A DNA stretch of 64,000 bases from Tubiluchus corallicola (lineage: Eukaryota > Animalia > Priapulida), in NCBI GenBank assembly GCA_030141605.1, contig JAQGDQ010000080.1, positions 558,001-622,000 of the forward strand, written 5' to 3'. Made by a program: the position numbers and the translations under genes. Under the pieces are notes generated by a model, which had not been told where the DNA came from, did not search any database, and was given only the letters and a program-made list of their open reading frames with translations. Positions 39,853-52,156 of the stretch are shown in pieces. The first letter of the stretch is position 1. The number at the start of each line of letters is the position of its first letter.

Positions 39853-42800
39853 TAGCCAGCTTGATGTAAATTGTGAGTTATTGTAGTGTCTATACATGTC
39901 CTGTCTTTACAGGCACGAAATGCTAATTTTGTGTTTATGCTTGCTTCTTCGCATACAGTTTCAGATTCCACATTCACAGGCCATGTAAAATACACCTAAC
40001 TGAAACCAGAGCAGCCAAGTTTCTAAAAACCAACATATTATACAGTTTATTTTTGCGCACGCCGACTAGGGAGAATCCCGTAACCGCTGTTGGTGCAAGC
40101 ATATGTTTGCTGATGCTTGCTTCCTGTACGAAGTTAATCTAGCTATCTCTGCTTGGCTTACTCCAATCAGGAAATGGACTGTACACAGTAGTAGTTATTC
40201 TACTTCGTTACAGAGGAACAAAAAGAAGCTGCAAATTAAATTGAAATTGTTAAAATATGTATTTTTTGTGAATTTGACAAAATATTGAGAGCAACTGCCA
40301 CATATAATACAGGTGACTTAAACGAGTTTAAAGATTAAATGAAAAGGTGCTCACAAATGACGATCTATAATGATGCACGTAGTTATTGGATTTCAGCTTG
40401 TGGACAATCATATTCGCTGTTGCGTGCGCAAGATGTCCTCATCTCAAGTTTCCTGTTCATGTTTCTACAGATTCGTTTCCAAGAATTTCTGGAGGTGAGC
40501 AGCTAACGCATGCGAACAAAAGCAAATTGAGAATTCACAAAATCAACGTGAAGTGTTCTGTTAGTGCTAGTTTCTATTGTGAAAAAAATCTAACGCTTAA
40601 TGAGTGAAAGAGGAAATAACACTATTTACAACTTAGAAAAGAGATGAAATGATTCTTTGTATTAAAACGGTGTGAGTATTAAATGTTGGCGAGTGAGTAC
40701 CGCAACAATTCAGATGCAAATACAAAAGAATTTTTCCACAAAAGACTGTTTATATACAGTCCTATAAAGTTTTGTGATATAGAACACACCCAGTGATATG
40801 CTGCTGATAAAATCATGGCTCTTTTCTTCCTGGCTACTTTTAGCAATAGCTGGACTCTTATCGTACGGTAAGTTGGATTAAAGTGTAATAAGCAATAATA
40901 ACAAGTTGTACAAATGGCTGAGAAATAAACAGCACAGCTAAAAATATAACCGCATGGCATGTTGAATTATTTTAAACCTTTCATCCTTCTGCTGTATTAC
41001 AACTTCTAAAGTGATCCCATAAAGTCTGCCAATAATTTATCGATTAGCTGCTTTTAAAACAAAAAATACAAGCTTTGAGGTTTGAAACGATTGAAACGAC
41101 CTTTTTTTAGTTTTAAAACAAATGATTGAACCAGTTGCACTTTCATATGGCATGTACAAGATGACTAGGTCTACATAAGATTCGCCTTTTTCGTGATTGT
41201 AATTTCTCATGCACTCCCGAACCAGTCTCTAATAACTGTTTTTTATTCATATCACTTGCATATTTCACTGATTTCTGTTCCTAAGCGCTATAATAATTTC
41301 CATGTATTGAAGGGAGCCTTTCCAAGAATACACGATAATTACAGCTCCAGCAACGGCATGCTTCGTGGGTCCGGGAAGCTGCTGTGCACATCGCCGAAGC
41401 AACTGCTTTCTTTTTGTTCAAGTTATACTACAATGAAGTATTTGTTTATAACAACAGCTGTTATGACACGTGCACCCAAGGTTAGCTTCCATGTATTGTG
41501 GAACGCTGAATAGTTTTGTATGAGGCTTGTAACAGTTATTTCTCAACTTACATTGAAATTGTTTGAGACGATAAGCCTATTTCACTTACAATAAAAGTAC
41601 GAAGAATGCTATACCAATGATGTCATAAGATCGCGTTTCCGTGTTTTAAGGTAAAGGTTCACTATCTACTAAAATTTTGACTAGTGTAATTTTGGGTGCG
41701 CCTGACGTCTACTAAAAGACTTTAGACATCGCGATTATTGTGAAAGTTTCTGAAATACAGGTTGATTATCCGAGTCTCGGTCACTTAACGGAGATGTATT
41801 CTTATAATCACTGAATTAAATTGCTCAAATAAAACTACAGTGGTTTTGTGGTTTTAGACCACAAAAACTTTAACAATAGTCACAATGCTCACGCTTAGAT
41901 TTGCTGTGCAGTTGCTGTGGTCTATCAGAAACTCTCTTAGTTTGTTTGGCCGTCTGATTTCATTAGAATCTAAGACTATTACAGGAAGAGGAAGACTCGA
42001 AATTATCTAACAATCTTGTTCAAGTTCAGTTGCACTGGCTGGTCTCTTCTTTCTCAATCTAAGTTGGCAGTATACGGTCCGATACGGTATGAAATCTTTC
42101 CTTAAAAAACATTTTTTCTGAAAAAATACGGTGCTATACAGAAATTTTTCCTTACCCTTTATAGGGCACAGTTTAATTCACTAATTTTGCTAAATTGGGC
42201 TTGGCACTAAAAAGGCCCCGCAAGTTGGAAATTAATATTCCGCTTAACTAGCTCAGTGCTAGCATATCTATGGGCAAACAGTACAGTGCGTGGACCTGCC
42301 AACACTCCTTACATTAAATTACATAAGCTTAATAAACAAAGCAAAACAGAAAATAAATTAAATTTTAATGATACATTTGAAGAAGGGAGTTTATCATAAT
42401 AACAGTAGTGATTTGGGACTGACAAGCTTGTATGTGAGGTGGTAATGAATTCAAAAGTCGTGATAGTAAGAACTATCAGACACTCATAATTCAGAAGAAA
42501 GGGGAGGAAAACTTCTCAGTTATCAGCAAAACCTTGTGAGCTGCCAAAATGTAGGATGTGCACTGGTGCCCAGGACTGGCAAAATATGAGCTTTTCTTTT
42601 AAGTTCGGAATACTGTTTAATTTAAGAAACATGTCAAGCTGCCACGAATATCTGTTACACACCGTACGTGAGATTACTAAACTGTGCAACTAAATGCTTT
42701 CAACAGAAATTAAGATGTTGGTATTGGTGAAGATAAAAATATTGGTGTAAAATCTTGGAGCAGTATGGCTGATGTAGTAATATGTAGCGATGGGGCTGTA

Positions 42801-43320
42801 AGAACAGGTTGGAGTAATGAGAGCAGGTTGGAGCAACCTGTAGCAGATTGGTGAAATGACGCAGACTGAGAAATGTAGCAGAAGAGAGAGAGATATAGAG
42901 AGAGGGGGGAGAGAGAATAAGGGGGAGAGAGTGTGAGGGAGAGAAAAAAAAAGAGAGAAAGACAAAGACAGATAGAAATCGTCTCCCTGGGCATCTGTAA
43001 ACAGAAAGAGAACTGCTCGAAATTTCGTGATGCTTACACGACCTTTAGGTGCAGGTTATACTTTTCTCAAAGAAGTTAATTGGTTTGAATTTGGTGAAAA
43101 ATTGACGAATTAGCTTGCTGAATTAAAGACGTGATTTTCAAATCCATTTGGCAAATTCTTGTTACACTCACAGACCAGTTCCTGCTGCCTCAGTAACACC
43201 CCTTTCCAACCGCACCATATCCCCAGAAATGTGGAAATAATGATGAGCACGACTAAAAGAATGTTCATGTCACATGGATTGATTACTAAAGGCAAGTAAT
43301 CGATTGAAACCCCTCGGCAG
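37120..43320 (-). pseudogene. Possible highly decayed adhesion/class B GPCR pseudogene
   Basis: Colinear remnants on the minus strand: signal-peptide-like exon, HRM-like FTWP...LAFRAC, TM3-like CTCKAAVVH, TM6-like LKRLRTLLAVF, TM7-like AQGFIFILF. Motif resemblance only. Confidence 0.3.
39759..39849. repeat. Compound (AAT)n(GAT)n microsatellite
   Basis: Direct reading. Confidence 0.95.
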
Positions 43321-43661
43321 CTGAAAGTCTACTGTCTACAGCAATCAGTCAATTTGATGACAAAAGTTTTGTCGTACGTGGCCCGAATTTCTTAGCAAAC
43401 AGAAAGTAATGAATGTCAACAAGAATGATGAGGGCTAATCTTGAAAAGACAGAGATTTCACGTGCCTTTCTTAAACGTATAGTAAAAACGATTATTTATA
43501 TCCTCTTCCTTTTACTAAATAGGGCTGGTTTAGTGATGCCAAACGCGATACAATGTTTTCTCTCTTCAGATCAGGCCAAGATCATACACCATTACCCGAA
43601 AATTTTTGCATTAAAATTGTTCCTCAAAATTGCTCTGTTGAGATTTTCTTTCTTACTTCTA

Positions 43662-43985
43662 TTAAGGCACAACTTAATAGACTCATTTTGGGACTGGCGT
43701 ATTTTGACCCAATTAACCGTCTGAACCTATTAACCGATGGGTGTTACAGGTAGAAGTTAGAATCATCAGCTTAGTATGCACTGCAACGGTTTTTAATGGG
43801 GCACACACAAATATCTTATTGTAAGTAGGTGAAGGAAAAATATTGAGTCAATTAAGCGGAGTTATTTGAGTCAATTAACTATAGTTTTATGTATATTTGA
43901 ATAGAAGCGGCCCGTTCCAGGCGTTTTTGAGTCAATTAAGCAATTGAGTCTATTAACCGTGAGTCTATTAAGCGGCGACAGAAAT
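43662..43985. mobile_element. Tc1/mariner-pogo-type MITE remnant
   Basis: Perfect 13-bp inverted pair cttaatagactca (43673-43685) / tgagtctattaag (43960-43972), plus repeated internal gagtc(a/t)attaa subterminal motifs. Confidence 0.65.
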
Positions 43986-45369
43986 GATACAAACATTCTT
44001 CTTCCCTGTACTTTTCATAGTTTAAATCTGAATCAAATTCTTGCTGATTGTAACAGATAAAAGGCAAAAGGGAAAGACAACATTTATTTAACGTCCTTCA
44101 TTTATCTGCTATCGTTGCTATTTGCTGCTATCTGCAGCATAGTTGATACCAAGGTTTGCCCATGTGTGACTTAAATTAATTTTTATTACAGTTTGAGCAG
44201 AGATTAACCTCTTATTTGCAGATTCTGTCAACCGGTCCATATTTGAGACGTTAATTATATGTATAGGTTGTTTTCTGCATTTAAAAAAACAATATGTTGC
44301 TAATGTCATAAAAATTATATTACCTGTTACGTGGAATATATATTTGCTTCAGTTTTTCTTGCACAGTTCAATATGTTTCTGTATCATATTTGTAACAAGC
44401 TGCGTATCTTCTATTATTTGTTCATACTCTTGAGTTTAGTGCTAGATAGCATCAACGGTAATAGAAATTTTATGTTTACCATAGCGTTTTTAGATGTACT
44501 TTCAGTGTTTAAGAGTAGCATAATGGCAGCAAAAAATTGCTGGTATCATTAGGTAATTCGATCTCAATATGCAGTACACAACATCAATAGCTTATATACC
44601 TATGTAAATGTTCATACGTATCTAATGAGTTTACAATAAGTGATAAAGAAACGAGAAAAAGAGAGTACGCAAAAAAGCGATATAATATCATTTGACTATG
44701 CTATGTTGCCTGTTGTTGCTGCTTATTTTCAGTAAATTTCACTATTAGCAGCATATCAACGACACAGATCTGTATTACGGCAAATGAACGGCAGTCTGGC
44801 AAAAGCGCCTCCTGTAACTCAGCCTATCACTTTGGATAAGAATAATGCGAGTATGAAGTTGGTATTTGCTCATATTCCTAAGTATGGTGTTATTACACGA
44901 AAGATAACAGGATTTCTATACATGGGCTGGCAGAACTAATTGATAAATTGTATGTTTACTCTGCATATCACAATTCAGTTATATGGATGAAGAATTGGTA
45001 CTAACTACGTTTTGCACTATGAAATCAGCATCTTTTACCATTTTAACAATGACTTTTATTGGGTTTTATGCCTCTGTGTATTGTATTTTTACTAATCTGT
45101 CTTGTGTATTTATGTTTTGTGTCTGGGTGTGCATGTATACTTTGTAAATGCACAAGACCTATCACATCTGATATCTATCACATCATATCAAAATCTTATA
45201 CAAAAGAAATTTGTTTAAATCCCTGATGTATCATACATGTAATAATTTTTTTGAAATATTTAATTTCAGAAATTTTGAACAAAATTTTCATTATCACTTC
45301 TGAAATCTATAGTAAAAATAACACTAATAAGAATTTTTTAACATTAATTATTACATGTACACAACTGTA

Positions 45370-45375
45370 TTTATT
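45370..45375 (-). promoter_or_regulatory. Candidate polyA signal of the GT92 gene
   Basis: AATAAA on the minus strand about 60 nt after the stop. Confidence 0.35.
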
Positions 45376-45435
45376 ACAATACAAACACATAAATATTAGA
45401 AACATCCCATTATAATTCAGTTTGTAAAAGAAACT

Positions 45436-46878
45436 TCATTTTATGTACATTTGTCGGAGTATTTTTATTCGGTTTTTAATATTGTTCAGCAACAATTTTT
45501 TGTAGCGAAGCAAAGTTTTATCAAGAACTGCACGATCAGGTGATAGCACCTTTCCATTGGGTAAGGTTTCTCTGTAATGATGAAGCATGCCATCCTCAAG
45601 CTGAACATATTTGCTAGAGTTAGAGCAAGGACTGTTAGCATTTACACAAGCAAAAGTGAAATGAACCCCCGCATCAACAATCTTCGCTGCTTCGGCTATG
45701 TATTTTGTCCGCCAGGGTATCGAATCATAGCCTGTGTATTGCTTTAATCGATAAACATTATTCAAATGATACAAACTTTCTTCTGTGACTGCCGTTTCAT
45801 GCAGAATATTTGATAATGATGCAGCAGAAGGCACTCGAGAAAAGAAGAAATTGCGGAAGAGAATTGTTGAAGTATTGTTGTTAGGTTTCAGATAAGCCTG
45901 CACGAGATCATTCCAAGAAGTGAAATTACCGCGAGGGATTAAAAATTCATCTAAATCACAGACGATTATATATCTGTAGCCAAGCACCATGCTTCTGTAT
46001 AAGCAATCGTTAATACTAGTCAACTGTGCACGAGAATGTATATTCCAGCGCCGCCTCATTGAAAGGTTCTTGCTAGCACTTAATGGGTTTTTGTTCATGT
46101 GAAAGTCCACTACTTGCAGGATTTTGTCGACTGCATAGCTTTTTAGAACTTTGTCTACTTCATTTGAGTGATCAGATGCATTATAAATAAGGATTTTGTC
46201 GGCTCCTAAAAGTCGATAGAACTCAAAACTTTGAAGTAAACTCCATGCGTCGCTGAAATTACTGTGTAGATTTCTCAAGCATACGGCAAAACCGCGCAGT
46301 TTTCTTTTACTTACTAACACTGGAACAATATTACTCGAGCGGTTTTCGTTTTCTTTACCTAAAATTGACACATGCCCGGGGACCTCTTTTTCATTTTCCG
46401 ACATGGAACACACTATTTGACAAGCAGAGTGCGTTTTATTTTTATGTTCCAGATTGATGAAAACTTTGCCTGGTTTTAGTACATATCTTGTCTTATATAG
46501 CAGAAGACAAAAATGCTGAGGCATTTTTATCCTGTTTATAATTGCAATGACTCTGATGCACCTCAATAAGGTCCTGTTATCATAGAAAGCTGAAAGAACT
46601 GCTGTTTCACTGCCATCAACAAGCTGCCAACCTTTTTCACTTGCGTGATCTGCACTATCATATGTCAACGTATTTGAGACATGTTCTGTACGTTTAATTT
46701 CGACACCATGTGTTTCATCAAACCTTGCTATGTTTGAAGGCTCTGTGATTCCTTTAAAGTTTGCTTTTGATGAATTGTGCATCGGTACTTGGCAGAACAA
46801 TATAACGCTGACAGCTACAAATGTAATTAAGCATACAGACAGCCAGCAGAATATCCTTAAGTTCATTCTGCTACTCAT
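45436..46878 (-). CDS. Glycosyltransferase family 92 (DUF23; beta-1,4-galactosyltransferase galt-1-like), type II Golgi membrane protein, 480 aa
   Basis: Uninterrupted ORF with an N-terminal TM anchor and stem. Motifs SAFYDNR, FAVCL, EFYRLLGADKILIYN, QLTSINDCLYR, DxD in DLDEF, and C-terminal LHHYR. Confidence 0.92.
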   Translation of the reverse strand: MSSRMNLRIFCWLSVCLITFVAVSVILFCQVPMHNSSKANFKGITEPSNIARFDETHGVEIKRTEHVSNTLTYDSADHASEKGWQLVDGSETAVLSAFYDNRTLLRCIRVIAIINRIKMPQHFCLLLYKTRYVLKPGKVFINLEHKNKTHSACQIVCSMSENEKEVPGHVSILGKENENRSSNIVPVLVSKRKLRGFAVCLRNLHSNFSDAWSLLQSFEFYRLLGADKILIYNASDHSNEVDKVLKSYAVDKILQVVDFHMNKNPLSASKNLSMRRRWNIHSRAQLTSINDCLYRSMVLGYRYIIVCDLDEFLIPRGNFTSWNDLVQAYLKPNNNTSTILFRNFFFSRVPSAASLSNILHETAVTEESLYHLNNVYRLKQYTGYDSIPWRTKYIAEAAKIVDAGVHFTFACVNANSPCSNSSKYVQLEDGMLHHYRETLPNGKVLSPDRAVLDKTLLRYKKLLLNNIKNRIKILRQMYIK

Positions 46879-48299
46879 ATCTCGAAAAACAAAATTTTGT
46901 CTTTTGTCCTGTAAAATATCGACGAAACAACGTATTTTCCATAATAGTACTGTTCAAAGAGAAAAGATCGTCGAAATTAGCTTACGTGCTTTCAATAGCA
47001 ATACCAAAATGTGCATTATATTCTGTATAATTTAGATTACAAAATGCTGAACAATTATGATAATTTCAGATAAATCATTTTGTGCTATCATTCTTTTCAT
47101 TCTGCAAGTAAACAAGTGTGTTGCTGCGCAGATAAGTTTTTCGCAAACATTGACCAGTTACCTTACTGGTGATTGGCAGGGAGTTACTCATTTGGATGTC
47201 ATAGGCCACTGAGGTCGCGGTTTTGTAAAAGGTCATTTGAGTGTGGTAAAAGCTGAATCCGGTATTGGATGTGCGAAAAGTACAGGAGTGCGATTCTTGT
47301 TAAAAACCGTAAATATCAGTGTTACTAATTGGAAAGTTACTTTTACCGTTTTTCCTATTTTTATATTCAAGATCAGCTGCTTTGAAAACACCTGTAACGT
47401 TCTGTGGGTGTTGATGAATTTTAACGTGTTTTTACATTCAAATTTAGCTTTGCCAGAATGTAAATCACTATTAGGTGACTGACATTTAAGAAGCATTTCT
47501 AATTTACTCCATCTCCAGCGAACTTTAACATTTGCATTGCATGTGTCGAGCCTGCGAGAATGCTTTTGTTCAGAGAGTTCACACTAAATACCCCTTATCT
47601 ATTTGGCCACTAAAAATAAAACATTGTCACGATTAGAATTTTATTCATGCATGTCGTCTCCCTGAACAGCCCAACTCGTGTTCCTTGCACAGCATCGCTG
47701 TTTTGGCTTTTTTTTTGAAATCGCAGTTGCCGGCAAACGAAACCATGGCGTAAACGAAAATAATTAGCAATGAATAGTTTTTTCATTGTCTTTCCAAAAT
47801 AATTTCAGTTAAAATTGTCAACATTTTACATTGCATCCTACTGAGTTACTTAATTTATTGTATTATTTAAGCAAAAAAATTTAGTTGTTGTGAAGAACCT
47901 ACCTACCTATGATATCGTCAAGAAACGTCAAGCAGCGTGAAAGCCATAAAACAATGATTTTATCACGTCTCACTCTATGTTATCCAAAGATTAAGCAATG
48001 TTTAAACATATGTATACAACTACTAATGTACATGATGAAGTATATGTAAGAGATAGTTGCATAATTTTGAAATTCAACCTTTAGTCTGAAGTAAGAGATG
48101 TAGCTGTCACAAGCCGATAAGCTGTCAAAACTGTTTTGGATATCATTAGTTCCGTAATAGCAACAACGTATATGGTAAAATGTATTATACTGTGGTCGTT
48201 GTTTACATTCTTTTGAACTTTCAAAACATAAGATGTTGTGGTGTGTTAACAACTTTGCGTATTGATCGAACAAGCCCACAATTGATTAAATTTTGATAC

Positions 48300-48403
48300 C
48301 AAACTCGAATGACAGGAAATCTGAAAGTTGGAAAACAACCTGAGTTTGAACTTACCTTCGGTTTAAAAGGCGGAAATCATAACCCCTAGGCTACCGTTTC
48401 TCC
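48300..48403 (-). mobile_element. tRNA-derived SINE head (Pol III A and B boxes)
   Basis: Minus strand GGAGAAACGG-TAGCCTAGGGG (A-box-like)...GTTCAAACTC (B-box-like) at tRNA-like spacing; no complete cloverleaf. Confidence 0.5.
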
Positions 48404-49549
48404 AATGGCTGTGACAGGCCAAAGTGCATCCTTAAAGCTTATCAACCACTTCAGCATTTCTAATAATACTTCCAAATTTAACAATTGTGACCTTGTACCA
48501 CCTGATAAATGATAATCTTGACATTGAAATTATAAATAATTTAACTTTGCACATTGTTTCATACTACAGTAGTATCAACTTTCTCGTTGCTCAAGGGATG
48601 GATGAAGGAAATAATCGAATTGTCAACTGATCATGTTATGTACTTAGCGACCCAAAAATTAAGCAACGCCAACGCCAAAGTTAGTAAATGGATGCCTAAC
48701 CAGCCGAGAAACTGTTTTATAAGTCATGTTTCCCTCAGCTGTTACCATGTTCAGCGAGGACGTACAAGCAGTTTTCGGTCAATGTACCAACGTTTGTGTA
48801 TAAATGTGTGAGCACATTTTAATCTTCTTTATTTGCAAGCCAGCTAACAATAATATGTAAAAAAAATTTCCTATAACCTTTTCTCTGTTATAATGAATTG
48901 ACAATTTCATTATGTGTTAATATGTTGTTAATTTGTTAACTCCACTATTTGTTAATTTGGCTTTTTCTCTAGTCGTATTTATCAGCGATTAATGTTGCTT
49001 TTGACGCCTATTTCTTGCTGTCCTTTGTGGTCTTCGATCACGTTTGATAGCTCCTGCTATTTATAACAAGTCTTATTTATAATTAACCCAAAGTGAAAAC
49101 AACTAATATCCTTTCACAAGAAATTTATTTGCACTGGCTCGAAACACCAGTGAGAAGAAACGACAATTGTTGTGAGCTGTTCTCCCGTTTGCACTCCACC
49201 ATCCTATAGAACATTACAAAATTTTTTCACACACCCGTTCTTATAAATTTAATGGAGCAATGATTATATTAACTTTTAATGCAGATGCTGCGTTTATTTT
49301 TTATAATGACGTCATTAGCATTTTTGGTAATCCCAGATGCCAGAAATGTAGCAGTATGCTATCATTATGCTATAAATTCATTCGAGATTAGGTCTACCAT
49401 ATACGAACGCAGCATGCTGTAATGCCATTTTTAGTAAATTTCGAACATACGTGCTTACCAGAATGCATTACTATGCCACTAGCTTTTACCACTAGATTTA
49501 GCCTGCATTTGATTGAGATTCGTTGTCCAACCTGATGGAGCTAGTATCC

Positions 49550-49840
49550 ACATATTTTTCGCCAGTGCTACACTTCGCCAGTGGTACAGTTTACTAGTGG
49601 TACATTTCACCAGTAGTACAGTTAACCAGTGGTACTTTTCGTCAGTGGTACATGTCACCAATGGTACATTTCGCCAGTTAAATTTCTTTGTTATACTATT
49701 ATGTGCCTTATTTCTTTAACTAAATGTTTCAGTGCACTAGTGATATACACATATTGCCAGTAAAATTTTTCTGCTATGCAATTACATTATTCTTTCACAA
49801 AATGTGTCAGTTTCCCAGTACACGTTTCGCCAGTATACTT
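49550..49840 (+). repeat. Modular repeat with a 16-bp minisatellite (consensus about GCCAGTGGTACATTTC, about 7 copies)
   Basis: Tandem units at 49561-49678; a homologous inverted copy lies at 53185-53420. Confidence 0.8.
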
Positions 49841-50119
49841 ATATGTTAATATAACACATATACCAATGCTTCACATTTTGTCAGCAATCGATCATTTTAA
49901 ATGTTATTTAGTGTCTGAAGAAGAATTGAAAAAACTGGTTCACAAGAAGTACGATATTTGTAATAATGAAATGACAATTATTATGTCCATTGTTTCCAGT
50001 TATCTATAATATAGTGTAGCAAGATTAAATCGCGAATGAGATTTAGACACTTCCGTCTTCAGTCTAATCTTATTGTTACTGATCGGCAATGCATTAAGGC
50101 TAAAGTAATTCTAAAATGT

Positions 50120-51080
50120 CAGTTCACTAAAGACATTTTAGACCTATAATTCATTTATTGGGTTGCACGCACTCTACTACTATAGTTCTTATTGTACATA
50201 ATGTTATTCTATCGTGATAGATGACCTTCAACCTAGAAGTGGCACAACAAAAATAGTAAATTTTTATGTTCCTGTTTATGATAAAGACAACTCATTAGTA
50301 GAATTGCAAAATATTTCGCAAACTAGTGTGCGGAAACAAAAACTGTCTCTCCTGAATGATTAGTTGGAGTAAACAGAGTATCGAAGTTAAACATTCAACT
50401 ATAAATTGAATTGGTCTGATCATATTAAAGTTAGAAGCAAATCGGCAATCAGCAGGCTTTGCCAATTGTTTAGATAAAAGAAAATGTAGAAATAAACATT
50501 TTTACTCATTCATTAGTATAGCCGTCGCTATTATATACTTATGAATTATGGAACCGTGTGACCAGATGCAGGACAAAAGCATTATTATTTAGAAAGGATG
50601 CAAAATTGTTCTGTAAAGTAAGCCAGCCGACTCATCCCATTAAAAATCTTCTGCCGACAAATGGGAACATCTTACACAACGGAAACCATGTAAAAGACCT
50701 AAATTGAAAATAAAAAACAGTTATTACTTTTAAAAATAGATGTATTTTTAACGAAGATTATCATTAATATTTATGTTCTGTTTTAATAGTTTTATTGCCA
50801 TTTCATATTTATTTACTGCAAAAAATTCTCTCTCTTTTACGTACACTAAGATTTGTCTTAATTAAAGTTTTCAAATGACGTACTGTACGTTTATTAGTAG
50901 ATGTATCTTAGATTGAACCTAGTGTAAAACTATTTATTTATATATTACTTCGATTTTTACTATTGTAAAAATGAATGACAACTTTTTATCAGAATAAAAC
51001 GCCTTTACCTACTTGCTTGCCTACTTACTTATGTAACTTATTTACTTATTTGCTTGCTGGCTTGCTTACTTATTTACTGT
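50120..51080 (+). mobile_element. Old 5'-truncated LINE fragment (RT C-terminal half, 3' UTR, microsatellite tail)
   Basis: Remnants SIVIDDLQP...VPV, KLNWSDHI...SAISRL, PSLLYTYELW and LERMQ, in RT order. AATAAA is followed by a (TACT/TGCT)n tail at about 51005-51080. Confidence 0.6.
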
Positions 51081-51168
51081 AAATGTTTGCTTTTTATGAT
51101 CACCTGTGCTGAAATAAAAATCTAATGATACTAATAAAAACAGGATGTGTGCCATCTAAATGGATAAA

Positions 51169-51267
51169 CGGTCAAAGGACCATCAGGCAAAGCACCACCA
51201 GTCAAAGTACCACTAATCAAAGCATTATTGGTGACAGGCCCACCATGGACAAAGGACCACCAGTCAT
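51169..51267 (+). repeat. About 15-bp degenerate tandem repeat (GTCAAAG(G/C/T)ACCACCA-like)
   Basis: Direct reading; resembles subterminal arrays of DNA transposon derivatives. Confidence 0.6.
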
Positions 51268-52156
51268 GGAAGTAGCTCACCTGTCAAGGGTACGAACTAA
51301 GGATAACAAAGGATGCTTGCTTGCAACTGCAATTTGTAACTTGATATAAATGCAACTTTTCCGTAACGTTAATATGTTTAAGAATGAGTAAAAATGTTTT
51401 ATACTCCATGTACTTAGAAACATTATAACGAAAGGTTGAATTTATTGGTAGGCTTTAGGACACACACACGCACGCACGCACGCACGCACACACACAACAC
51501 ATAAATTCTGAGTTCCACATCATGTGAACAACAACATGGTTATCATACTATTAAAGGCATATGAGAATTCTAAAAGAAGGGTATCACAATTCATAAAATT
51601 CTTTATTGGGAAATGCGTTAACACTAAAACTACCATGTTTTCGATTTATCTAAAAGTATCAATGGGTCAAGAATGACCAGAATACCTTTTCTTAATAAAA
51701 TAGTTAATTTTACAGATACAAAATCTTTTTGGAAAGGGAGCAATGGTAAAGTGGCAGTCACGATGCGTGTACCTAGTAATTCATTGCTGGACATATGTTT
51801 CTTTCTTATATTGCCCTGTCTATTCCTAGCTCAGCACAGTCCACTCTTATTCTCTTTCGCGTCTATCTGTTTGCTAGTCTGTTCTTGTTATTTCTCGGAG
51901 ACCGTCGCTGATTCGCTTCCAACTAAGCATGCAGTAAAAGATTTGGTTGGTAACGACATTTGCCGAAAAACTTCTTAAACTGATACTTTTCTGGTTTCAA
52001 ATTCTGTTTCCTCCAAAACTGCCGAGGTGATGAAGACGAATCTCGGTAGTCTGGTAATTATCTAAAAATTGTTGAAAGCAAAGTTTTGAATTTCATAACA
52101 TGACCGCCTTGTGACATCATCATTACTTCCGGCCGAGCCGAGTCCTGTGTTTCTCG

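Noticed and set aside
40471-40494. 24-nt plus-strand microexon (ctacag...GAG gtgagc)
   Set aside because: Good splice signals, but no plus-strand gene context or partner exons; expected by chance in 64 kb.
46730-47035. 101-aa plus-strand ORF overlapping the GT92 start
   Set aside because: Antisense shadow of the real CDS with no recognisable motifs.
48330-48403. Functional tRNA gene
   Set aside because: A and B boxes are present but there is no acceptor-stem pairing or complete cloverleaf; better explained as a SINE head.
49561-49678. 16-bp tandem array as a CRISPR-like locus
   Set aside because: Units are contiguous with no unique spacers, there are no cas genes, and the context is eukaryotic; it is a minisatellite.
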